Of a DNA stretch of 64,000 nt, positions 56,240 to 64,000 are shown piece after piece (positions within the stretch are counted from its first letter, which is position 1; each line of letters starts with the position of its first letter). The translations under genes were made by a program, and so were the position numbers. This stretch comes from an uncultured Gemmatimonadales bacterium (lineage in GTDB: Bacteria > Gemmatimonadota > Gemmatimonadetes > Gemmatimonadales > GWC2-71-9). The notes beneath the pieces were generated by a model. The model ran no database searches. It was not told the DNA's origin and worked only from the letters and a program-made list of their open reading frames with translations. The stretch is taken from positions 192,001 to 256,000 of the forward strand of contig CAWCFX010000004.1 in the NCBI GenBank assembly GCA_963795085.1, given 5' to 3'.

Positions 56240-59227
56240 TCAGCGGCGGGTGTCGGTGGCCTGGAGGCGGACGAGTTCCCGCCGAATCCGGTCCGCTTCG
56301 GGGCGAAGCGAGGGTTCGGGGTCAGCTCGGAGCGAGAGGTAATGCCGGTATGCCGCGATGGCCCGGCCTCGGTGTCCGGCCAGCGCCGCGAGGCGGCCTT
56401 CTTCCCGAAGCTGGGTAGCGAGGTAGACCTGGTCGGTGTTCCACCATACCGCGCGGCGCCGGGCGGCAATGAACGCTTTCTCGTTTTCGCCCAGGGATTC
56501 AAAAATCAGGGCCGCTACGATGCCGGCCATTGCCGTGCGTCCGCTGTGGGCCGCGCGGTAGTCGGTCGCCGCGAGGAGGGAATCGAGCCGGATGACCTTC
56601 TGCCGGGTATCCGGCCGGCCAAGCAGGTGGGCGTGCATGGCCTCGACGAGGGCGATCTCGGACTGGGATTCTACGGTGGCGCCTCCGCTGGCACGCTCGA
56701 TGGCGCGCAGCCGTTCCAGCACCTGGCGGGTATGGCTGGTGTCACCCTGGGAAAGCCGCCAGGGTTCGAGAATCCGGACGACGGCGCGCTGGCGTTGCCG
56801 GCCCGCATCGTCTCCGGGGAGCGGTAGGCGTTCGATGGGGACGAGCTTGGCCGCCGCCGCCCGGGCGGCCGCCGTGTCTCCGTCGGCCATCATGGCGTCC
56901 CGCACCATGGCAATACGTGCATTGTGGTCGTCGGGCCCTTGCTCCAGGTAGGCCAGCGCGGACCTGGGCCGGCCCCGAAGCAAGGCGACCGTCCGGGCCA
57001 TGCCGTAAAGGTTCTGCCGGTCTTCCGTGCGAGGGGTCTTCAGGATCAGGGCCTGCAACACGTACCAGGCATCCTCTATTCCGGTTCCATCGAACACCGC
57101 GTGATGCATGAACTGGTAGAGCAGCTGGTCCTGCCCAGGGGTCACCGAGTCCCGGAAACCCAATGCGGTGGCCGTATCCCCCTCGTGCCGGGCGCGATAC
57201 CAGCGGTAAGGAACCAGCCAGCCCTGAGTTATGCTGTCGGGCATCGTCGCGGAGACCCGGAGGAGACGGTGCTCCAGGGCGGTATCGCCTTGCTGCACCG
57301 CGAGGAGCAGGATGTGACTGAACGCCACCGCGTTGGTCGAGTCGAGGTCCAGCGAACGCCGGAACGCATCGAGCGAGCTGGGTGGCGGATCGAGGTATCC
57401 CAGGATCGTTCCGAAGTGAAAGATGTCGTCGGCGTACATCTCCCAGGCATCCGACTGGGCGTTGGCGATGCTGCGGTAACGCCGCCGGGCTTCGAACTGC
57501 TCCGCGGTCGAAGCCTGGGCGGGATACCGCCCGCCGGTCAGCGCGTCCAGCAGGGCCCGGTCCTGGACGCTCAGCCGGTCGCGTCCCTCGTAGGCGGTTT
57601 TGAGTCCCCGGTCTGAGGCGGCATTGTCCCCGTACCAGGAGGCGGCGATCCGGAGGCCGAGACCGGCGAGCGCAAATGTGGAGTCGTGGTCGAGGGCCCG
57701 GTTGAAGTCTTTCGCTGCCGCGGCGGCCTGTCCCTGGCGGAGCTTTGCTTTGCCGTCGAGGTATGCCCGCAGGGCGGGGAGCGAGGTACTGGTCAGCCGG
57801 CCCAGCCGCTCTTCACCCTCGCCGGAGACCGTGGCCAGGAGCCGCCCCGCGACCTGGTCCACCAACTGGGCCAGGCTGTCGGGCGGGCCTTCCACGCTGA
57901 GACGGGCGAGCTGCCTGCCCCCGGGGACGCCCAGCAGAGATACGGTCAGGGTCAGGCGCGACGGCGTCCCGACCACGTCTCCCAGCAGCAGCCGGCCGGC
58001 GGAAAGCCGTCCGGCGATTTGCAGCGAGGTCTCCGGCGGAAGGTCCTCCGTGGCAGACCCACCCACCCGTTGCCATTCCGCGAGGAGCACCCGGGGTTCG
58101 GTGGTACGGAGGCCTCCTTCGCCGGTCAGCTTTGCCGACAGGAGATCGAGCATCCCGTCCCGGAGATAGTGCAGGGAGGCATCGGCCGACGCGATGCGGA
58201 AAGGAGCCACCGCCACCAGCCTGTCATCCAGGGAAGTGCCGGGAGTGGACAAAGCGCGCCACGCTCCGTACCCGCCCGCGATCAGCGCCAGACCGGCGAG
58301 AGAACCGATCAGGTAGCGGCGGACCCGCCGGCCGACGGGGGCCCGAGACCGCACCTCGACCGTCGGGTGACTCCCCGACGTCTCTACCCCGTCCAGCGCC
58401 TCCAGCAGGGCCCCGGCGGTAGGGGGACGATCACCCGGGTTTTTGGCCAGGCACCGCATGATCAGGGCCGCCAGCGGCGGGGGTATGGCAGGGAGCCGGT
58501 CCCCGAGGGGCTGAGGTGGTTCCGCCATGTGCGCGGTGAGCAACGCCTGGGGAGACCGGCCATGAAAGGGCGGTGTTCCCGCGACCAGTTCGTAGGCTAC
58601 CACACCAAAGGCATATATGTCCGCGCGGTGGTCGGTGTCCGGGTCGGCGGCGGCCTGCTCGGGAGCCATGTAGGCGGGGGTACCGAGCGAAGTACCCCCC
58701 TGCGTCAGGGTAGTCCCGGACATTACCCTGGAAGTCGACAGGGCCTTGGCAATGCCGAAATCGGTGACCGCCGCGGAGCCACCGGAAATGAGGACGTTCT
58801 CCGGCTTGATATCGCGATGAACGATCCCGAAGCCGTGGGCATGGGCCAGGGCCTTGGCCACGTCCCTCAGGATGCCGAGGGTTTCCGGAAGGGGCAGCCC
58901 GCGAGATCCGTCCAGCCGCTGGCGCAGTGACTGGCCGGCCACGAACGGCATGATGAAATAGGGCAAGCCGTCCACCTCACCGGCGGCGAGGACCGGGACG
59001 ATATGCGGATGCTGGAGCTGGACGGCGAGGAGGATTTCCCGGCGGAACCGCTCGCCGTTGACCCCGGAGGCGAGTTCGGGGGACATCACCTTCACCACAA
59101 CCAGCCGGCCCAGAGACATGTCGCGGGCCAGGAAGACGCGGGACATGCCCCCGCCACCCAACTCCCGCTCGATGGTATAGGCGGCGTTCAGGGTCGCTTG
59201 GAGCTGGCGCTGGAGGGGATCGTTCAC
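56240..59227 (-). CDS. Ser/Thr kinase - TM - TolB-like/TPR sensor protein
   Basis: GGGGMSRVF, HRDIKPENV, DFG, GTPAYMAPE, TM, VAVAPFR. Confidence 0.92.
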   Translation of the reverse strand: MNDPLQRQLQATLNAAYTIERELGGGGMSRVFLARDMSLGRLVVVKVMSPELASGVNGERFRREILLAVQLQHPHIVPVLAAGEVDGLPYFIMPFVAGQSLRQRLDGSRGLPLPETLGILRDVAKALAHAHGFGIVHRDIKPENVLISGGSAAVTDFGIAKALSTSRVMSGTTLTQGGTSLGTPAYMAPEQAAADPDTDHRADIYAFGVVAYELVAGTPPFHGRSPQALLTAHMAEPPQPLGDRLPAIPPPLAALIMRCLAKNPGDRPPTAGALLEALDGVETSGSHPTVEVRSRAPVGRRVRRYLIGSLAGLALIAGGYGAWRALSTPGTSLDDRLVAVAPFRIASADASLHYLRDGMLDLLSAKLTGEGGLRTTEPRVLLAEWQRVGGSATEDLPPETSLQIAGRLSAGRLLLGDVVGTPSRLTLTVSLLGVPGGRQLARLSVEGPPDSLAQLVDQVAGRLLATVSGEGEERLGRLTSTSLPALRAYLDGKAKLRQGQAAAAAKDFNRALDHDSTFALAGLGLRIAASWYGDNAASDRGLKTAYEGRDRLSVQDRALLDALTGGRYPAQASTAEQFEARRRYRSIANAQSDAWEMYADDIFHFGTILGYLDPPPSSLDAFRRSLDLDSTNAVAFSHILLLAVQQGDTALEHRLLRVSATMPDSITQGWLVPYRWYRARHEGDTATALGFRDSVTPGQDQLLYQFMHHAVFDGTGIEDAWYVLQALILKTPRTEDRQNLYGMARTVALLRGRPRSALAYLEQGPDDHNARIAMVRDAMMADGDTAAARAAAAKLVPIERLPLPGDDAGRQRQRAVVRILEPWRLSQGDTSHTRQVLERLRAIERASGGATVESQSEIALVEAMHAHLLGRPDTRQKVIRLDSLLAATDYRAAHSGRTAMAGIVAALIFESLGENEKAFIAARRRAVWWNTDQVYLATQLREEGRLAALAGHRGRAIAAYRHYLSLRADPEPSLRPEADRIRRELVRLQATDTRR

Positions 59228-59385
59228 GGCTCAAGCTTTCGGTCCTCGGGAGTGATCACAATATTGCGTCCCAGTGTCCGGTGGAACAGAGTGACCCTGC
59301 ATCGATTCTGTTTTCGTGCCAAGAATCCAACGAATCCAAAGCCAGGTGTCTACCTCAAACTCATTGTGCATCAATAAGTTAGTCT

Positions 59386-59451
59386 TATTTAACTAACTCG
59401 TTAGATATATTGAATCACCGCTATTGAAATATTTAACATGATTGTTAATAT
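59386..59451 (+). promoter_or_regulatory. AT-rich promoter with two TATTTAAC-N6-GTTA palindromes (ArsR operator candidates)
   Basis: TATTTAAC-TAACTC-GTTAGATA and TATTTAAC-ATGATT-GTTAATA; TTGAAA-N16-TAATAT. Confidence 0.65.
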
Positions 59452-59456
59452 CCATC

Positions 59457-59780
59457 ATGCCGCTTCCCCGAGTCTTTGCCGCCATCGCCGACCCGGTTCG
59501 CCGGGCAATTCTCGAGCGCCTCAACGCCGGCGGCGCCACCGCGGGGGAAATTGCGGCCCAGTTCGAGGTCTCCTGGCCCGCGATCTCGCGGCATCTTCGC
59601 CTGCTTCGTGAGGCGGGCCTGGTGTGGGAGACCCGCGACGGGCGCACTCGGTTTTACGAGGTGAACCGGGCGGGCGTTTCCGCCGCCTCGGACTGGCTGG
59701 CCCAGTTCAGATCTGCCCCAGGCCGACCCCAAACCGGCAGCCCGATCACCAGCGCGGTAGGAAGGGAGTACTCCTCCTGA
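59457..59780 (+). CDS. ArsR/SmtB family regulator
   Basis: FAAIADPVRRAIL, AISRHLRLLREAGLV, DGRTRFY. Confidence 0.9.
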   Translation: MPLPRVFAAIADPVRRAILERLNAGGATAGEIAAQFEVSWPAISRHLRLLREAGLVWETRDGRTRFYEVNRAGVSAASDWLAQFRSAPGRPQTGSPITSAVGREYSS

Positions 59781-60901
59781 GCGGCCCGGCGGGGGGCCGG
59801 TACGATGTCCTGGTAGCGGGGTTGGGTGCCATGGGAAGCGCCAGCCTCTACCACCTGGCCCGGCGCGGCGCCCAGGTGCTTGGATGTGATCAATACTCTC
59901 CGCCCCACCAGTTGGGGTCGTCCCATGGTCGGAGCCGGATTATCCGGGAAGCCTACTTCGAGCACCCGCTCTATGTGCCCCTGGTGCGGCGGGCCTTCGA
60001 ATCCTGGAAGGACCTTGAGCAGGATAGCGGCCAGCTGATCTACCGCCAGACCGGAGGCCTCATGCTGGGCCGCCCCGACGGCCCCCTGGTTTCGGGATCG
60101 CTCGACAGCGCGATCACGCACGGGATCGACCACGAGGTCCTTGCCCCAGAGGAAGTCCGCCGCCGGTTTCCAGGGTTCACCCCGCCGGAGGATTTCGTGG
60201 GCGTCTGGGAAGAGCGCGCCGGGATTCTTCGTCCCGAGGTCGCCATCGAGGCCCACCTCCGGGGGGCGCTCCGGGCCGGGGGTACGATTCTCCGGGAGAC
60301 CGAGGTGCTGACCTGGGAAGCCGGGGAAGGGGGTGTACGGGTGGAGACCCGGGGTGGGACCATTCATGCCGGTACTCTGGTGCTGGCTGCGGGGCCGTGG
60401 ATCGGCTCCCTGCTGCCGGGACGCCGATGGTTTACCGTGGAGCGCCAGGTGTTCCACTGGTTTGCGTCCCCCCAGGACGCGAGCCGATGGCCGGTTGCGC
60501 TCTGGGAGCACCGGCTGGGAGGGCTGTTCGTCACCCTGCCGGAGGCGGGGCACCGGCTCAAGGCCGACATACACCACGAGGGTGAGGTGGTGTCTCCGGA
60601 CACGGTGGACCGGGAGCCGTCGCCTGCTGATCTGGGGAAGATCCGGGCCCTGCTTGGGCGTCACCAGCCGGGAGGCAACGGGCGGCTGCTGGAAGCCTCG
60701 GTGTGCCTGTACACCAACTCCGCCGACGGCCACTTTATCTTCGACTGGCACCCGGAGCACCGCAACGTGCTGATCGTGAGCCCCTGTTCGGGTCATGGCT
60801 TCAAGTTCGCCAGCGTCATTGGTGAGATCGTAGCTGATCTCGTCATCACGGGGCGCGCCGCCTTCGATTTGTCACCCTTCTCGGCGGGCAGGTTCAGATG
60901 A
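59777..60901 (+). CDS. solA: N-methyl amino acid oxidase (SolA / monomeric sarcosine oxidase family); probable CTG start overlapping the arsR stop
   Basis: GLGAMGS, GSSHGRSRIIR, VCLYT (covalent FAD Cys), SGHGFKF. Confidence 0.88.
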   Translation: MSGPAGGRYDVLVAGLGAMGSASLYHLARRGAQVLGCDQYSPPHQLGSSHGRSRIIREAYFEHPLYVPLVRRAFESWKDLEQDSGQLIYRQTGGLMLGRPDGPLVSGSLDSAITHGIDHEVLAPEEVRRRFPGFTPPEDFVGVWEERAGILRPEVAIEAHLRGALRAGGTILRETEVLTWEAGEGGVRVETRGGTIHAGTLVLAAGPWIGSLLPGRRWFTVERQVFHWFASPQDASRWPVALWEHRLGGLFVTLPEAGHRLKADIHHEGEVVSPDTVDREPSPADLGKIRALLGRHQPGGNGRLLEASVCLYTNSADGHFIFDWHPEHRNVLIVSPCSGHGFKFASVIGEIVADLVITGRAAFDLSPFSAGRFR

Positions 60902-61878
60902 GTGACTCCCTCCTGATGCTTTCGCGGAGTGAGGTCAGCGGGCTTCTCAGCGCCGCCGATTGCATCGCGGTAGTCGAATCGGCGTTTCGAGCCCAGGCGC
61001 GGGGGGAAATTCCGGAGCCGGGTGCCCTCGGGTTCCCGGCCCTGGAGGGCGGGTTCCACGTCAAGGCGGCAGCGACGGGCCAGTACTTTGTTGCCAAGAT
61101 CAACGCCAATTTTCCGGCCAACCCGGCTCGACGCTCCCTCCCCACCATCCAGGGGGTGATTGCGCTGTTCGATGGGGAGCGGGGGACTCCCCTTGCAATC
61201 ATGGATTCTATCGAGATCACGGCGCAGCGAACGGCGGCGGCGACGGCCGTAGCCGTGAAGTACCTGGCACGATCCGATGCCGGAATCGCCGCCATCATCG
61301 GGTGCGGCACCCAGGCCCGCTACCAGCTGGAAGCCGTCAACCTCGCCCGCCCCCTGCGCGAGGCGCTGGCCGTGGACTCGGACGGCCAGCGGGCGGAGAA
61401 ATTTGCCGCCGTGATGACGGCGCAGATGGGGATCACGGTGACCCCAGCCGGGTTGTCTCCTGCCCTCGGCCGAGCCGACATCATCGTCACCTGCACTCCC
61501 TCCCGCCGGGCCTTCGTGAGCCGGGATGTAGTCAGCGACGGCGTATTCATCGCCGCCGTGGGTGCAGACCATCCGGAGAAGCAGGAAATCGACCCGGGAC
61601 TGATGGCGGCGGGGATGGTGGTGGTAGATCACCTGAACCAATGCATGGAATTCGGCGACCTCCATCATGCCGTGGCCCTGGGGCTCATGGGCCCGGGGGA
61701 TGTGCGCGGCACGCTGGGGGAGGTCCTCGAGGGGGTGCGACCCGGCCGGGAATCGGAGCGGGACATCATCATTTTCGACAGCACCGGGACCGCGGTCCAG
61801 GATGTCGCGGCAGCGATCCTGGTGTACGAACGCGCGGTAGCCGCCGGCGCCGGGACGAGCGTCTCGGTGGCGGACTGA
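60898..61878 (+). CDS. Ornithine cyclodeaminase / mu-crystallin family protein
   Basis: ITAQRTAAA, IIGCGTQA, VGAD, FDSTGTAVQD. Confidence 0.92.
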   Translation: MSDSLLMLSRSEVSGLLSAADCIAVVESAFRAQARGEIPEPGALGFPALEGGFHVKAAATGQYFVAKINANFPANPARRSLPTIQGVIALFDGERGTPLAIMDSIEITAQRTAAATAVAVKYLARSDAGIAAIIGCGTQARYQLEAVNLARPLREALAVDSDGQRAEKFAAVMTAQMGITVTPAGLSPALGRADIIVTCTPSRRAFVSRDVVSDGVFIAAVGADHPEKQEIDPGLMAAGMVVVDHLNQCMEFGDLHHAVALGLMGPGDVRGTLGEVLEGVRPGRESERDIIIFDSTGTAVQDVAAAILVYERAVAAGAGTSVSVAD

Positions 61879-61884
61879 CCCGGC

Positions 61885-62367
61885 CTAGGGGCCGGCCACC
61901 GCGATACACTCGATTTCCACCCGCGCTCCCAGCGCCAGCCCGTTGGTGCCGAATGCGCTCCGAGCCGGCTTATGGCCGGGAAAGAAAGTCGCATACACGA
62001 CGTTCATACGTGGCCATTCCGCCATGTCCGCCATCATGACCGTGCACTTGGCGATCCGGTCCATAGAAGAGCCCACCCGGGTCAGCACATCCCTGATGTT
62101 CTCCATGGTCTGCCGGGTTTCGGCTTCAATCCCCCCGGCGACCAGGCCTCCCGCTGCGTCGGCCGTGGTCCCGATCTGCCCGGAAAGAAAGAGCAGGTTG
62201 CCGACCCGCACGGCCGGCGAGAAGGGACGGGTGGGAGGTCCATAGGGAGTGAGCACCTCCATCGCGGAGGCTGGTGCCGGGGCAGGGGCAGGGGCCTCCA
62301 CGGCGGAGCGGCCACAGGCGGTCACGAGGACCACAGCGAGGGCGAGGAGCTTACGGGTGTCGGGCAT
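61885..62367 (-). CDS. RidA family protein with lipoprotein signal
   Basis: PFSPAVRVGNLLFLSGQIG, KPARSAF, VEIECIA; lipobox VTAC. Confidence 0.9.
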   Translation of the reverse strand: MPDTRKLLALAVVLVTACGRSAVEAPAPAPAPASAMEVLTPYGPPTRPFSPAVRVGNLLFLSGQIGTTADAAGGLVAGGIEAETRQTMENIRDVLTRVGSSMDRIAKCTVMMADMAEWPRMNVVYATFFPGHKPARSAFGTNGLALGARVEIECIAVAGP

Positions 62368-62409
62368 AATTTGGTCCAGTGCTGAGGATCGGGCCGAGGC
62401 TGGGGTTGT

Positions 62410-62913
62410 CTACTCGCCGAGCACCGGGTGATACGTCTCATCGGCCTGGGGAGCCAGCCGGGGATTCTCCATCAGGAGCCGGGCACAGGTGTTCCACCGC
62501 AGCAGCGATTCGTCGTTGCCCGGAGGGCGGATCTTTTCCGCCTTCTCATACCAATCCATGGCTTCCCGGATCCAGGGGTACACGGCCGTCTCCGAACCGA
62601 CGCTTCCCTGGGCCAGCTGGGCCTCGCCCCGGCGTTCACAGATGATGCCGGCGTAATAGGTCCGTTGGTACTCACTCTGGAGCCGGGGGAGCACCTCCCG
62701 GGCTCGGGTCACTCCCGCCGCGAGCCCGTGGCCGATCTGGTCGGTTATGCAGAGGAGGAGCAGGACCAGGGCCTGCTGGCTGGCCGGCTCTACCTGCAGG
62801 ATGTCCTGGCAGATGCTTTCCGCCGCCCAGGGCTGGTTGAGCAGGCGGTAGCGTTCCGCCTTCAGCAGCGCCGATGGCAAACTTTCGGGGGTCAATCGCT
62901 TGAGCTGGTACAT
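62410..62913 (-). CDS. Hypothetical TPR-like protein downstream of sdhB
   Basis: KAERYRLLNQPWAAESICQDIL, YYAGIICERRG, LRWNTCAR. Confidence 0.75.
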   Translation of the reverse strand: MYQLKRLTPESLPSALLKAERYRLLNQPWAAESICQDILQVEPASQQALVLLLLCITDQIGHGLAAGVTRAREVLPRLQSEYQRTYYAGIICERRGEAQLAQGSVGSETAVYPWIREAMDWYEKAEKIRPPGNDESLLRWNTCARLLMENPRLAPQADETYHPVLGE

Positions 62914-62942
62914 GGCATTTCCAGTCGCTGGGGCTCGTCCAG

Positions 62943-63698
62943 TCAGGAGGTCCGCGGTTGCTTCCGGAACAGGCGAACCAGCTTTGCGAGCGGGTCGTAG
63001 AACTCGTCCACCACCCGCTCTTTGAGCGGAATGATGGCATTGTCGGTAATCGCGATGCTTTCGGGGCACACCGTGGTGCAGCACTTGGTGATATTGCAGT
63101 AGCCGATGCCGTGCGCCTGTTTCAGCTCTTCCACCCGGTCTTCGGTGTCCAGCGGGTGCATCTCGAGGGCGGCGGCGTAGACCAGGAACCGGGGTCCGAT
63201 GAATTCCTCGTGCTTATGGTGGTCCCGGAGCACGTGGCACACGTCCTGGCAGAGAAAGCACTCGATGCACTTCCGGAATTCCTGGACCCGGTCAATGTCC
63301 TGCTGGTGTATCCGCCAGGTACCGTCGGGGGCGTCCGGCGCACGCGGCTTGAAGGGCTTGATGCCCTTCTTGACGCGAAAGTTCCAGGACACATCGGTGA
63401 CCAGGTCCCGGACGAGGGGAAACGCCCGCATCGGCTCGATAGTGACGGGACGATCCCCGGGGAGCTGGTTCATCCGGGTCATGCACATGAGGCGGGGCAT
63501 GCCGTTGACCTCGGCGGAGCAGGAGCCGCACTTGCCGGCCTTGCAATTCCAGCGCACGGCCAGGTCGGGCGCGCTTTCCGCCTGGATCTGGTGCACGGCG
63601 TCCAGCACCACCATGCCCTCGCTCACTTCGGTCCGATAGTCCTGGAGCCCCCCCTGGGTCGCATCGCCCCGCCAGATGCGAAACGTCGCCTGGGTCAT
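62943..63698 (-). CDS. sdhB: Succinate dehydrogenase / fumarate reductase Fe-S subunit
   Basis: CKAGKCGSC, CIECFLCQDVC, CNITKCCTTVCP. Confidence 0.95.
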   Translation of the reverse strand: MTQATFRIWRGDATQGGLQDYRTEVSEGMVVLDAVHQIQAESAPDLAVRWNCKAGKCGSCSAEVNGMPRLMCMTRMNQLPGDRPVTIEPMRAFPLVRDLVTDVSWNFRVKKGIKPFKPRAPDAPDGTWRIHQQDIDRVQEFRKCIECFLCQDVCHVLRDHHKHEEFIGPRFLVYAAALEMHPLDTEDRVEELKQAHGIGYCNITKCCTTVCPESIAITDNAIIPLKERVVDEFYDPLAKLVRLFRKQPRTS

Positions 63699-64000
63699 GT
63701 CTTTCCCTCCTCGATCACCCGCTTCAGTTCAGCCGGCAGGTCCGGGATGGGCTCCCGGGACAGTTCCATCCCGCCGTCCCGGCTTTTCCGGACAATGATG
63801 TTATAGCCTGCGGCGGCAGGATCCTTCTCGGGGTAGTCCTCCCGGAAGTGGCCGCCCCTGCTCTCCCTGCGTTCGATGGCACTGAGCGCGATCGCCCGGG
63901 ACACCGTCAGCAGGTTGCCCAGGTCCAGGGCGGTATGCCATCCGGGATTGTATTCCCGGTGTCCTTCGACGGCGGCACGGCCGACGCGTTCTTCCAGGCG
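63695..64000 (-). CDS. sdhA: Succinate dehydrogenase / fumarate reductase flavoprotein, C-terminus (partial)
   Basis: YNPGWHTALDLGNLL, ERRESRGGHFREDYP. Confidence 0.93.
   Translation of the reverse strand, partial: RLEERVGRAAVEGHREYNPGWHTALDLGNLLTVSRAIALSAIERRESRGGHFREDYPEKDPAAAGYNIIVRKSRDGGMELSREPIPDLPAELKRVIEEGKT

Noticed and set aside
43228..59227. Genomic island integrated at tRNA-Phe
   Set aside because: No integrase, no duplicated tRNA 3' end seen, and no obvious compositional shift.

Overview
High-GC bacterial chromosome segment spanning the replication origin. The gene content (many kinase-TM-TPR proteins, a GWxTD protein, ECF-kinase pair) suggests Gemmatimonadota; this is inference. 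Core genes: polA (partial), pyrE, rnpB, mtgA, dnaN-oriC-dnaA, rpmH-rnpA-yidD-yidC-mnmE, holA-SPOR-mutS-tonB-cbs-ddl-rhomboid, M16 peptidase pair, upp, tRNA-Phe, rsmD and the 3' end of an sdh/frd operon. Signals the ORF track misses or splits: (1) a probable selenoprotein after mnmE, a thioredoxin-fold protein with an in-frame TGA forming U-M-G-C and a SECIS-like hairpin; (2) an ECF sigma factor with Thr in place of the DAED motif, next to a membrane Ser/Thr kinase, with two back-to-back copies of a candidate promoter TGA(C/G)CC-N15-TGCGCGTG facing itself and an uncharacterised envelope operon; (3) an oriC with DnaA-trios and tightly packed degenerate DnaA boxes; (4) a deletion scar joining the 3' ends of two divergent genes; (5) many apparently leaderless genes; (6) an ArsR-SolA-cyclodeaminase operon facing a lipidated Rid protein. 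I saw no CRISPR array, integrase or transposase. All calls come from reading the sequence; no searches were run.
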